From contig DAIUCD010000001.1 in assembly GCA_036846345.1 (NCBI GenBank), positions 330,363-394,362 on the forward strand: 64,000 nucleotides of DNA, given 5' to 3'. Positions within the stretch are counted from its first letter, which is position 1. Each line of letters starts with the position of its first letter. The stretch is from Spirochaetota bacterium (lineage in GTDB: Bacteria; Spirochaetota; UBA4802; JAGODF01). This document shows, piece by piece, positions 1 through 8,989 of the stretch. The position numbers were made by a program, and so were the translations under genes. Under the pieces are notes generated by a model. It saw only the letters and a program-made list of their open reading frames with translations. It was not told the origin of the DNA and did no database searches.

Positions 1-2
1 TG

Positions 3-635
3 CTTAAAACGGAGAAAGGCGATGTGAATGCCTGCGCCCTCATCCTTGCTACGGGAGTCAGCCGTAAGAAGCCGGCCATTGAGAATATCGGCGATTTCGA
101 GGGTCGGGGGGTTTCCTACTGCGTGAGTTGCGACGGCTATTTTTTCAAGGGGAAAAAGGTTCTGGTCATTGGTGAGGCCAACTATGCCGCCAATCAAGCC
201 CTGGAACTGCTCTCTTATACCCCCCATGTGAAAATCTGCACCATGGGTAAGGCGGTCACAATGGGAAACGAGTTCCGGGTAAGCCTCAATCAGGCGGGGA
301 TTCCACTGATCGAAAAGAAGATACGCCTGCTGGCGGGCGAGAAGGGCCTCTCCCGGGTGGTTTTTGAGGAGGGGGATGAAATGGAAGCGGAGGGAATGTT
401 CATCGCCATGGGCGATGCTTCCTCGTCGGATTTCGCCTACTCCCTGGGCATATTCACCGAAGGTATTTTTCTCAAAGCCGATGAAGAGCAGAAAACCAAT
501 GTGCCGGGTATCTTCGCGGCGGGAGACTGTACAGGAGGATTTCTCCAGATCAGTGTGGCTGTAGGGGAGGGAGCCAAAGCGGCCCGCTCCTCTATTGAAT
601 ATGTGAAAAACATATGCCGTAAAAGCAAAGGTTAA
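3..635 (+). CDS. Thioredoxin-reductase-like NAD(P)/FAD oxidoreductase, 5'-truncated by the window edge
   Basis: Frame is open back to the window start (LKTEKGDVNACALILATG). Motifs: GRGVSYCVSCDG (CxxC), VLVIGEANYA dinucleotide-binding strand, TNVPGIFAAGDCTGG..QISVAVGEG C-terminal FAD motif. Confidence 0.85.
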   Translation, partial: LKTEKGDVNACALILATGVSRKKPAIENIGDFEGRGVSYCVSCDGYFFKGKKVLVIGEANYAANQALELLSYTPHVKICTMGKAVTMGNEFRVSLNQAGIPLIEKKIRLLAGEKGLSRVVFEEGDEMEAEGMFIAMGDASSSDFAYSLGIFTEGIFLKADEEQKTNVPGIFAAGDCTGGFLQISVAVGEGAKAARSSIEYVKNICRKSKG

Positions 636-644
636 GGTCCGGCA

Positions 645-2075
645 TTAAAGCTTTTCCAGATTGCTCAGAACCTTCAGCGCGTTTTCCGCTTCCCTGCTTC
701 CCGGCTTGATCTTGATGATCTTTTCCATGCACTCCCGGGCGGCCTTCTTGCTTCCGTCCTTCAAGTAGAGATAGCCAAGATTAAAAAGGGCGATGGTGTC
801 CCTGTCATTGAGTTTCACGGCACGGACCAGATTCTGCTTGGCTTTTCCCGTCTTCCCCGCCTGGAAGTAGAGCGTACCCAGATTGGAATAGACCTTATCG
901 TTCGCTATGAGCAGGGTTTTGGATTTTCGGACTTTTTCCAGAAGTTTTATCCCCTTGTCGTATTCCTTCAGTTGATAATGATAGAGGGCGGTATAGAAAT
1001 CCACATCGGCGCTTTTCAGCTTTTTTGTTGAGGCAATGATTTTCGAGGCACCGGTCATATCACCACTGTCTATACTCATCTCCAGATATTCACTGGCGAT
1101 GACGCATTTCATGTCCTTGTTCCTGGCCAGTTCCAGGGCTTTCGCGTACATCTTCAGCCCCAGGGCGGGCACTTTTTCCTCCTTAAAAAGCTTCCCGAAG
1201 GACCAGAAGACCTGAGGATTCTTTCCCGCCCGGGCTTCCAGATCACGTAAAAAGTCTTCGGGCTCACGGCTTGTCTTCTGGTACAGGGCAAAAAGAACCT
1301 TCTGGGCCTTCAGGGAGAGGGGGGACAGGGCTACCGCCTTCCAGCACAGCTCCCGGGCTTCATCGGGTCTGTCACCCAGAAGCTGGAGATTTTGACCCTT
1401 GTTGTAAAGGGCCTGATAACAACCGGGATCCTGGCTCAGAGCATAATCGTAGAGGAGGATCTCCATCTGCAGGCTTTCCTTATCACCTTCGGAAGGTCTC
1501 TTCTTTCCAAGAAGGAAGGCGATATGGGCTGCTGCATAGGCATTGGCAGGATCCTTTCCCAGGGCTTTTTTCAGGTAGTGCAGTGGGATGGACGGGTCTG
1601 CCTTTTCCCAGTACAAATATCCCAATGCTTTAAGGAATGCGGCCTGAGATTTCTCGGGATATTTTGAGATGAAAGCCTGGAGAAAGGCCAGTATCTGATA
1701 TTCCCTGGCCCCCAATGCCTCCCGGTCGAAAATAAGGGGATAAACGAAGAGAAGCTCCATCTTATTCCCCATTTCACAGCTGACAGTGCCGATGAAAAGA
1801 GCAATGGGGTCTTTTTTATAGCGTTTCAAATATTTAAAGGCGGCGTTAGCCGCTTTTTCATATTTCATCTGAGTGAAATATTTGATGAAATCCTTCTTTT
1901 CGTATTTTTTCAGGAGTTTGATTCCTTCAGCCCCGGCAGGCTGTTCATCGGATTTGGTGTCTGTTTTTTCTAGGATTCCCTTAATCGCCTCCGGGAGTGC
2001 TTTATTCTGCGCGGGAAGGGGGGGAAGAAACATAACGGGAAAAAAGAGCAGGATGACTATCATGGATCTTTTCAT
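645..2075 (-). CDS. Secreted/periplasmic tetratricopeptide-repeat protein
   Basis: N-terminal hydrophobic signal (MKRSMIVILLFFPVMFL). Several TPR-like units, e.g. ALYNKGQNLQLLG, VYSNLGTLYFQAG..A, ALFNLGYLYLKDG..A. Confidence 0.8.
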   Translation of the reverse strand: MKRSMIVILLFFPVMFLPPLPAQNKALPEAIKGILEKTDTKSDEQPAGAEGIKLLKKYEKKDFIKYFTQMKYEKAANAAFKYLKRYKKDPIALFIGTVSCEMGNKMELLFVYPLIFDREALGAREYQILAFLQAFISKYPEKSQAAFLKALGYLYWEKADPSIPLHYLKKALGKDPANAYAAAHIAFLLGKKRPSEGDKESLQMEILLYDYALSQDPGCYQALYNKGQNLQLLGDRPDEARELCWKAVALSPLSLKAQKVLFALYQKTSREPEDFLRDLEARAGKNPQVFWSFGKLFKEEKVPALGLKMYAKALELARNKDMKCVIASEYLEMSIDSGDMTGASKIIASTKKLKSADVDFYTALYHYQLKEYDKGIKLLEKVRKSKTLLIANDKVYSNLGTLYFQAGKTGKAKQNLVRAVKLNDRDTIALFNLGYLYLKDGSKKAARECMEKIIKIKPGSREAENALKVLSNLEKL

Positions 2076-2249
2076 GGGCTGGCTCCACTAAGACAATCGT
2101 TGATTTGATATGGCCGAAAGGCCTATTTCAGCACAATACGTGGGAAAAAGCAATGAAATATCCTCACCATAACGGTCTGTTGGAGAGGAGTTTACCTCGG
2201 ACTGAATATTCCTGTTGCTGACGAAAGGGAATTTTTGAAACCTTTTCTG

Positions 2250-2278
2250 TTGAGAGTCATATTGAGTAAAGAGATAAT
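2250..2278 (+). promoter_or_regulatory. Sigma70-like promoter TTGAGA-N17-GATAAT
   Basis: TTGAGA at 2250-2255, 17-nt spacer, GATAAT at 2273-2278, then GGGAG and an ATG at 2300. Confidence 0.5.
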
Positions 2279-2299
2279 GAAATCAGGGAGAATAAAGAC

Positions 2300-2497
2300 A
2301 TGAATCCTAGGGAAGAGGCGCAGAAAAGCATAAACCGTGATGGAGAAGATAAAAGAAGCCGGGCTTTGACCTCATCGAATGAGGAGATCATCTATCATGA
2401 TCTGAGACCGAGGCAGTCTTGTTCAGGGAGCGGCCGTATTGAAAGGAATTTCCAGTTTAAAGATCTTCGGAAGTTCCTATTTATTGATTACAGCTGA
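2300..2497 (+). CDS. Putative small protein (65 aa), unknown function
   Basis: Own promoter-like sequence and SD-like GGGAG upstream; fills an otherwise empty intergenic gap. No recognisable domain. Confidence 0.4.
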   Translation: MNPREEAQKSINRDGEDKRSRALTSSNEEIIYHDLRPRQSCSGSGRIERNFQFKDLRKFLFIDYS

Positions 2498-2581
2498 TAT
2501 TGTATAATCGGAGGGTAGTATTTGATGATCATGGAGGGCGGAAGCTTTTTTGCGAATGGAATGATCAAATCAGAAATAATG

Positions 2582-2610
2582 TTGACAAATAATAGGAAAA
2601 TATTTAATAA
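2582..2610 (+). promoter_or_regulatory. Possible sigma70 promoter of the ATP-grasp fusion gene
   Basis: Perfect TTGACA at 2582-2587 with an AT-rich -10-like TAATAA 17 nt downstream; SD GAGGTG precedes the ATG at 2696. Confidence 0.4.
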
Positions 2611-2695
2611 TGTGACATAATACGGAAAAAGACAGCCGATAATATTATTACCGGGAATCCCGGGATTTATCAAAGGCTGTTTTTGAGGTGTTCCT

Positions 2696-4954
2696 ATGAA
2701 AAAGACAATCATGATCATCGGCGGGGGGCTGCTACAGGTGCCGGTCATTCAGACGGCTCAGAGAATGGGATTACAAGTCATCGTGACGGATTACAATCCC
2801 AACGCTATAGGAATGAGATTTGCGGATATCCCTCTTGTCATGAGCACCCGGGATTTCGAGGGATCAGTACGGGTGGCTAAGGCACAGAATGAATTAACCC
2901 CCATCAGCGGGGTTCTGACGGTGGGAACCGACGCTTCTATGACGGTAGCGGCCGTTGCCAACGCTCTCAATCTGCCAGGTATCAAGTTTGAAGACGCCGA
3001 GGCAGCCACCAACAAGATTAAAATGAGGATGCGTTTCAAGGAACACGGCGTTCCCTGTCCCAACTTTCTGCCGGTGTGGTCTCTGGCAGATGCCAAGAAG
3101 GCCTGCATGATCCTGAACTTCCCCGTGGTTATCAAACCCTCGGACAATATGGGGGCCCGGGGGGTTATGCGGATAGATGACAAGACTCAATTGGGAGATG
3201 CCTTCAAATTTGCAAAAAGCGCTTCTCCCAGTGGGGAACTGATCATTGAAGAATACATGGAGGGCCCGGAGCTTTCCATTGATGCGGTTATCTATAACGG
3301 AGAAATCACCTTTACCGGGATTGCGGATCGAATCATCGAATACCCGCCTTATTTCGTGGAGACGGGACATACCATGCCCTCACAGATGAATGCCGAGCAG
3401 CAGGAATGGGCCTGCGAAGTGATGCGACGTGGGATCAGGGCCCTGGGCATCAATATTGGATACGCCAAGGGAGATATCAAGATTACCAAAAAGGGAGCGA
3501 TGATCGGAGAGCTGGCGGCTCGTCTCTCCGGCGGATTTATGTCCGCCTACACCTATCCCCTTTCCACAGGGGTGGATCTGATGCGTGCAGCCATTGAGAT
3601 ATCCCTGGGCCAGGAGCCCGCAAACCTGGAGCCGGTCATGAACCGTGTGGCCATAGAGCGGGCCATCATCACAAGGCCGGGAATTGTACGGAAGATTTGC
3701 GGTCTGGAGGATGCTCTTAAAATTCCGGGGATCATGGAGATATTTCTCAACGTGAAACCGGGGGACCGGATCGTGCCGCCTCGTTCCAATGTGGAAAAGG
3801 CGGGTCATATCATAGCCGTGGGTGATTCCTTGGAGATGGCGGAAAGGGTCGTTGAGATCTGTCGGAAAACCCTGAAGATAGAGATTTATGAAGAATCGGA
3901 AATCACTCTGGAGGCCATCAACCTGGCCGCCCGGGAGAAACTGAAAAGGATCTGCTATGTCTGCAAAAACTGTGACGGCAAGGATTGTCCCACCGGCGTG
4001 CCCGGCATGGGAGGTATAGGGACCGGGGCTTCCTTCAGGAGAAACGTAGAAGCTCTGAGGAATTACAAGATCAACACCCGGCTCATTCATGACGTGACTC
4101 TGCCAGACACAGCCACGAATTTTTTCGGTGTGGATCTGAACCTCCCGGTGATGGCGGCACCCATAACCGGAGCCGTGACCAATATGGGCGGTGCGGTGGA
4201 CGAGCTGGATTACAACAGGGCCGTTGTGGAGGGATGCCTGGATTCAGGCACTCTTGCCTTTGTGGGAGACGGGGCCACACCGGACAAGTACAAGATCGGT
4301 ATACAGGCGCTGGATGAGTTCCGGGGCATGGGTGTTCCCATCTTCAAGCCGCGGAGCGAGAATCAGGAAATCATCAAACGCATCCGGGCTGCGGAGAAGG
4401 CTCATGTCGTCGGTGTGGGAATGGACATCGATGCGGTGGTCTTCAAGACCATGGCCATGAAGAATCAGGCGGTTGGTCCCAAGAGTCTGGAAGACCTCAA
4501 ATATCTCATTTCCTCTACCGGGATACCCTTCATACTCAAAGGGGTGATGAATCCCAGGGATGCGGTCATGGCTGTGGAGGCCGGGGCGCACGGGATCGTC
4601 ATCTCCAACCACGGGGGGCGTGTCCTGGATGAGATGGCGGGTACCATGGACGTGCTGGAGGACATCATTCGGGAGGTCAAGGGGCATATACGGATCCTGG
4701 TGGACGGAGGTTTCCGCACCGGAGTGGATATTCTGAAGGCATTGGCCATGGGGGCGGATTTTGTGCTGATCGGAAGGCCCATCGCCATCGCTGCTGTTGG
4801 CATGGGGTCAAGGGGCGTCACTCATTACATAAACAATCTGAAGAAGGACCTACAGCAGGCCATGATCTTGACCGGCTGCAAGGATATTTCGGAAATATCG
4901 TCGGAAATAGTCAAGAAGATGAACAACGGAAAGACTCTCTATACGGTTTCATAA
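2696..4954 (+). CDS. Fusion: ATP-grasp carboxylate-amine ligase + FMN-dependent alpha-hydroxy-acid oxidising domain
   Basis: N-half: IIGGGLLQ, VVIKPSDNMGARGV, IIEEYMEGPELS, IGELAARLSG. C-half: CYVCKNCDGKDC, VMAAPITG, PFILKGVM, VISNHGGRVLD, VDGGFRTGVDILKALAMGADFVLIGRP. Confidence 0.85.
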   Translation: MKKTIMIIGGGLLQVPVIQTAQRMGLQVIVTDYNPNAIGMRFADIPLVMSTRDFEGSVRVAKAQNELTPISGVLTVGTDASMTVAAVANALNLPGIKFEDAEAATNKIKMRMRFKEHGVPCPNFLPVWSLADAKKACMILNFPVVIKPSDNMGARGVMRIDDKTQLGDAFKFAKSASPSGELIIEEYMEGPELSIDAVIYNGEITFTGIADRIIEYPPYFVETGHTMPSQMNAEQQEWACEVMRRGIRALGINIGYAKGDIKITKKGAMIGELAARLSGGFMSAYTYPLSTGVDLMRAAIEISLGQEPANLEPVMNRVAIERAIITRPGIVRKICGLEDALKIPGIMEIFLNVKPGDRIVPPRSNVEKAGHIIAVGDSLEMAERVVEICRKTLKIEIYEESEITLEAINLAAREKLKRICYVCKNCDGKDCPTGVPGMGGIGTGASFRRNVEALRNYKINTRLIHDVTLPDTATNFFGVDLNLPVMAAPITGAVTNMGGAVDELDYNRAVVEGCLDSGTLAFVGDGATPDKYKIGIQALDEFRGMGVPIFKPRSENQEIIKRIRAAEKAHVVGVGMDIDAVVFKTMAMKNQAVGPKSLEDLKYLISSTGIPFILKGVMNPRDAVMAVEAGAHGIVISNHGGRVLDEMAGTMDVLEDIIREVKGHIRILVDGGFRTGVDILKALAMGADFVLIGRPIAIAAVGMGSRGVTHYINNLKKDLQQAMILTGCKDISEISSEIVKKMNNGKTLYTVS

Positions 4955-5042
4955 CTGCTCCCTTTTTGCGTGAGTCTTCCTTTCCAGATGCCTCCTGCAT
5001 GATGAACGGAAAGGATGATTCAGAAGCAAAAGTAACTTGAGA

Positions 5043-5071
5043 GCGATGGGCATATGCCCATCGCCTTTTTC
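5043..5071 (+). terminator. Intrinsic terminator between convergent genes
   Basis: Perfect 22-bp palindrome GCGATGGGCATATGCCCATCGC (5043-5064) followed by CTTTTTCTT. Confidence 0.7.
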
Positions 5072-6436
5072 TTATGGGGTCACCCTTTCATAAACCCGGA
5101 TGGTTTTATCCAGAAAGTCCGAGGAAACCATGTACTTCCCGTCAGGGGAAACATCCAGACCTGTCGGCTGATTGCCCCCCTCCCAGTATTCCACAACCTC
5201 ATTCCGGGAGGTATCGATCACGTAGATCCGTCCCATGTCGAAACCCTTGATCAGGTAGCTTTTGGGATTGTTTTTTCCGCGGCAGGAAACATAGAGATAT
5301 TTCTCATCCGGGGATAGGGCGATGGTGTTGGGATGGCTGTAAACGGGAATGGTTTTTCCCTGGCGGTCGTTGTCCAGGTGATAGGTATCCACGGAGGAAC
5401 GGCCCATATCGGATACATAAATAATCCCCCCTTTCGCAGATGATACGATATGGCGCTTGGCCCCGGGTCGGCCCATGGTTTTTACAATCTTGTTGGAACC
5501 GAGAGAGATTTTCAGCACATGACCCTGCCGGTCTCCGTCGTTTTTTATGCCGTACTGTGCAACATAGAGATATTTCCCGTCAGGAGAAACCAGCATGCCA
5601 CGAGGGATCCCGTGAATGCTGATCCTGGAAAGCTCCTTCCGTGTTTTGATGTCGATAACCGAGAGGTTTTTACCCACCCAGTTGGAAAAGTAGACCCGGT
5701 CCCGGTGGTTATCGTAACAGAGTACCTTGCCCCAGCTCCCCGAGACCTTGATGGTGGTCAGATACTTCAGCGTGTCGAGGGCGAAGATGTGGATGGAGTT
5801 GGTATACATCTGACTGATCCAGAGTTCATTGTGCTTGCGGATGACCAGGGATTCTACAAATCCCTTTTTCTTTGCCCACTTGGCGGGAGGGCTGATCAGA
5901 CCTCTTTCCCCGGTTACTACGTTGATGATGTCCGCACCGTTGCCGGAGAGCAGGGGCATGACCACACGCTGATTATCGATAAAGGTGACGCTCTTGGGCT
6001 GTTCCCCAGTATAATAATAGTTCACATAGCGGTGGGTACTGCCGGCCTTATCCAGCATGAAGAGGGGTATCTCCTTTTTATAACGACTCTCTTCCCTGTC
6101 CAGAGATATGTTCCTTTTTAGTGTCTGAAAACCGGGATTTTCAACGATAAACTCAAAGCCGGATCCGTCCCTGTAGCGGGGAACCTGCAGGATCATGGTA
6201 GCCAGGGTCTTGTCCTTGGAGAGGATTTTGGGTGTCTGCTTTATCCCGTTGATGAGCAGTGTGGAGTTTTTATAGGGCTGCAGATTGATCTTCCATTTGA
6301 TGGTGGAAACAGGGGTTTGTTTTTCCTTGACAACGGGATTTACCTTGCCGTTACCCTCCCGGCAAAGGGATATAAGGGGAAGCAGAAAGAGTATCACCAG
6401 GATCAGGGATCTCTTCTTCGATGGTATTGTAATCAT
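5072..6436 (-). CDS. YncE/YVTN-type beta-propeller protein, probable lipoprotein
   Basis: Lipobox-like LISLC. Repeats such as PRGMLVSPDGKYLYVA, PNTIALSPDEKYLYVS, PTGLDVSPDGKYMV. Confidence 0.8.
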   Translation of the reverse strand: MITIPSKKRSLILVILFLLPLISLCREGNGKVNPVVKEKQTPVSTIKWKINLQPYKNSTLLINGIKQTPKILSKDKTLATMILQVPRYRDGSGFEFIVENPGFQTLKRNISLDREESRYKKEIPLFMLDKAGSTHRYVNYYYTGEQPKSVTFIDNQRVVMPLLSGNGADIINVVTGERGLISPPAKWAKKKGFVESLVIRKHNELWISQMYTNSIHIFALDTLKYLTTIKVSGSWGKVLCYDNHRDRVYFSNWVGKNLSVIDIKTRKELSRISIHGIPRGMLVSPDGKYLYVAQYGIKNDGDRQGHVLKISLGSNKIVKTMGRPGAKRHIVSSAKGGIIYVSDMGRSSVDTYHLDNDRQGKTIPVYSHPNTIALSPDEKYLYVSCRGKNNPKSYLIKGFDMGRIYVIDTSRNEVVEYWEGGNQPTGLDVSPDGKYMVSSDFLDKTIRVYERVTP

Positions 6437-6475
6437 GGTCTACTCCTGCGGGTATTTATTATTGCTCAATCGTTA

Positions 6476-7381
6476 TCATCCCCCATTAAGGGAGGCGATG
6501 TGCTGAACCTGAGCGGTCAGATTGGTGATGTAGGCATTGCGCTCCTGAAAAATGGTTCCCTTTTCATCGTATTCCTTTACGACTATATCCTCAATGGCTT
6601 TTGGGACGTCGCCATTGGTTTTATCGAGGTAGGTTTCAATGAGGCGCCTGTAGTTTTCCGTGGCTTCCAGGGAGCGTGGAAAATAGTCCAGGGCGTCCTC
6701 GCCGGTAAAGACCCAGCCGTGACCCATACCGATGATTTTCGCCTGCAGAGGAGCCAGCTTCTTCAGACTGTTGACATAGTCCTCATAGGAGGAGAGGAAA
6801 ACGACCTGAACGTCCTCCCCCTCATGGCCCTGGGGAACACCGATGGATTCGCCGGGGAAGAGTGCTTCAAGTTCCGGGATATAATAGGAGAGGGAGTCCC
6901 GTGTGTGACCCGGTGTTTCAAATACCCGGCAGGTTAGATTACCCAGTGAAAGGGTATCCCCCTCTTTCAGCTTGTAGGTAAAAGTGAGGGGTTCCAGCGA
7001 AACGTCCTCATTCCCGACGATGTCGCCGAAAAGGGCCCGTTGTATCTCGCTCAGGGCGTTCATGCGTTCCAGGACGCTCGCTTTTTTCAGCAAATCCTCA
7101 ATGCGCGGGCTGCCGCCGATCTTAAGATGCGGCATTTGCCTCTTTAAATAAGGGGCCGCACCTAGATGATCATAATGGGAATGGGTTATCAGCAGGACGT
7201 CCGGCCCGACTTCAGTACTCAGAATCGCCTTGAGAGTTTTTAGGTAAAGGGGGCCCAGCATATTAATTCCTGCGTCGATCATGACAGATCTTTCCGATCC
7301 CTGTATAATGTAGCCGGGATAGGCCATGTTGCCCGAGACACTGATAGCATCTCCAAATTGGCCTTCAGCGAACTTTTTCAT
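6476..7381 (-). CDS. MBL-fold metallo-hydrolase
   Basis: IDAG, THSHYDHLG (HxHxDH), TPGHT and GHG motifs. Confidence 0.9.
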   Translation of the reverse strand: MKKFAEGQFGDAISVSGNMAYPGYIIQGSERSVMIDAGINMLGPLYLKTLKAILSTEVGPDVLLITHSHYDHLGAAPYLKRQMPHLKIGGSPRIEDLLKKASVLERMNALSEIQRALFGDIVGNEDVSLEPLTFTYKLKEGDTLSLGNLTCRVFETPGHTRDSLSYYIPELEALFPGESIGVPQGHEGEDVQVVFLSSYEDYVNSLKKLAPLQAKIIGMGHGWVFTGEDALDYFPRSLEATENYRRLIETYLDKTNGDVPKAIEDIVVKEYDEKGTIFQERNAYITNLTAQVQHIASLNGG

Positions 7382-7476
7382 TATTCACCTGTATTCCACA
7401 ATCCTTTATTGGAAAAAAAGCATGTCTTTCGGACATGCTTTCAGCACGAAATTACGTTAGTGATTCTGCAGGAATA

Positions 7477-7710
7477 TCATTTCTTAAGAGGATGGCAACC
7501 GCTCCCCTTGCAGGAGGAGTTTTTGTTGATTTTCTTAATCCCGTATCCTTTTTCCTTTTTGATCTTAACAGAATCATGGCAGTAAGCACAGTTGATGTCG
7601 TTGCCTTTTTTCTTTAATCCGGTATGTTTGGACTGGATTGCAGGGGTGGCCATCAGGAGGCTTGTGATGAAAGCGGTGGCTATGAATATGGCGATCGTGG
7701 CTTTTTTCAT
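7477..7710 (-). CDS. Small secreted c-type cytochrome candidate (77 aa; CxxCH + CX4CH)
   Basis: Probable start ATG at 7710 with AAGGAG upstream; signal peptide MKKATIAIFIATAFITSLLMA; CAYCH and CKGSGCH. The 169-aa ORF call (to 7986) appears over-extended. Confidence 0.65.
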   Translation of the reverse strand: MKKATIAIFIATAFITSLLMATPAIQSKHTGLKKKGNDINCAYCHDSVKIKKEKGYGIKKINKNSSCKGSGCHPLKK

Positions 7711-7749
7711 GAGGGGGACTCCTTCAAACAATAGTAACTGATTTCCGAT

Positions 7750-7787
7750 ACTATGCCGTTGACAACGGCAAGAGTCAAGAAAATAAT
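7750..7787. promoter_or_regulatory. Overlapping divergent sigma70-like promoters
   Basis: Plus strand TTGACA(7759)-N17-AATAAT(7782); minus strand TTGACT(7778)-N17-CATAGT(7755-7750). Confidence 0.4.
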
Positions 7788-7878
7788 TGATTTTCCATCT
7801 CCCTTTTCCTCTATTTCTCTTGACTTGTGATCTGTAGCCTGTTCTACTCTTGGATTTCAAAGAAAAGTGGCGGAAAAT

Positions 7879-8970
7879 ATGCCGGGAATCATAACACACA
7901 ATATCATATTCCAGGAATCCCTGAAACATCTGAAAAAGAAGAAATCGAGGAATTACCTTTCCAGATCTCTGGAAACACTCTTCCACGATGATCTCTTCCG
8001 AAGGGCGGCCCTCTTTGGGACCATAGGACCCAATGTTTTCGATTATCAGCCCCTGCGGCGCAACAGCCGTTTTGGAAGCAGGATATCAATGCTGATCCAT
8101 GACGGCGGAAGCAGCAGAATGCTCGGCGCCATGCTGGACAAACTTATACAGATGACCGATCACAATACCGAGTGGGCGTCTACTCAGCGGGCCTATTTCT
8201 ACGGGTTTCTGTCCCATATGATAGGGGATGCCATCTTTCATCCTTACATCTTTTATTGGACGGGATTTCCGGATTCCAACAGAAGGCGTGATCTCTTTGC
8301 ATCACGGGAGCAGAATCTCCTGCTGGAGTACAATATTGATATGTTCTTCAGCCATTATTATTACAGCGACAAATATACTTTTAATCTTGAGGAGATGTTT
8401 CCCCTTGGGAAGAGAGGGTTTCTGCGCCGCATCAATCCCGCAGTTAAGGACCTCCTCTTCGACTCCCTGAGACTAGCATTTCCGGGAAAGGAGCGCAGAT
8501 ATCTGCTCTTAAAGGGGGGCAGTGAGGATACCTGCTTTTCCAAAAGTTTCGGCTACATCGACTTGAGCATCTATTTTATGCGATGGACCTATAGGTTGAA
8601 AAGAACCAGGAACGAACGCCTGATTAAATTTCTGAAATTTCTGAAGAATAGAAAAATTCTCTATTCCGATTTCATTGTCCGTTATCCCGATCACCGTAAA
8701 ATCAACAAGCATGTTCTCAATCTTCACCGGGAGCGGTGGTTCAACCCTGCAGGAGTATCGGGACTTCATTACGAATCTGTGGAGGATCTTCTAAAATCCT
8801 GCTGCGAGCGGATTACGGATATATGGGAGCTTGTGGAGGGTATCTTTGTTGGTAGTAAAAGGAATTATGAAAAAGCCGTTAAGGAGTTTTCCATCAACGC
8901 CCTTACGGGAAGCCCTGAAGCCGCCAGCAAGGATTTAAAGATTAAAAATCCGGTAATACTGCGATTTTAA
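7879..8970 (+). CDS. Zinc-dependent phospholipase C family (Zn_dep_PLPC-like) protein
   Basis: N-terminal MPGIITH, G..GP.VF, GFLSHMIGDAIFHPYI (HxxxD..H), E...D motif. Start set at ATG 7879. Confidence 0.75.
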   Translation: MPGIITHNIIFQESLKHLKKKKSRNYLSRSLETLFHDDLFRRAALFGTIGPNVFDYQPLRRNSRFGSRISMLIHDGGSSRMLGAMLDKLIQMTDHNTEWASTQRAYFYGFLSHMIGDAIFHPYIFYWTGFPDSNRRRDLFASREQNLLLEYNIDMFFSHYYYSDKYTFNLEEMFPLGKRGFLRRINPAVKDLLFDSLRLAFPGKERRYLLLKGGSEDTCFSKSFGYIDLSIYFMRWTYRLKRTRNERLIKFLKFLKNRKILYSDFIVRYPDHRKINKHVLNLHRERWFNPAGVSGLHYESVEDLLKSCCERITDIWELVEGIFVGSKRNYEKAVKEFSINALTGSPEAASKDLKIKNPVILRF

Positions 8971-8989
8971 TATGTTTCTGTACCGGATG

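Noticed and set aside
2205-2265. Hammerhead-ribozyme-like words CTGACGA...GAAA...GTC
   Set aside because: Stem I does not pair next to the core and stems II/III are weak; the segment overlaps a plausible promoter, so coincidence is likely.
7711-7986. N-terminal extension of the cytochrome ORF
   Set aside because: Overlaps the divergent promoters and the Zn-PLC gene; the signal peptide and SD point to ATG 7710.
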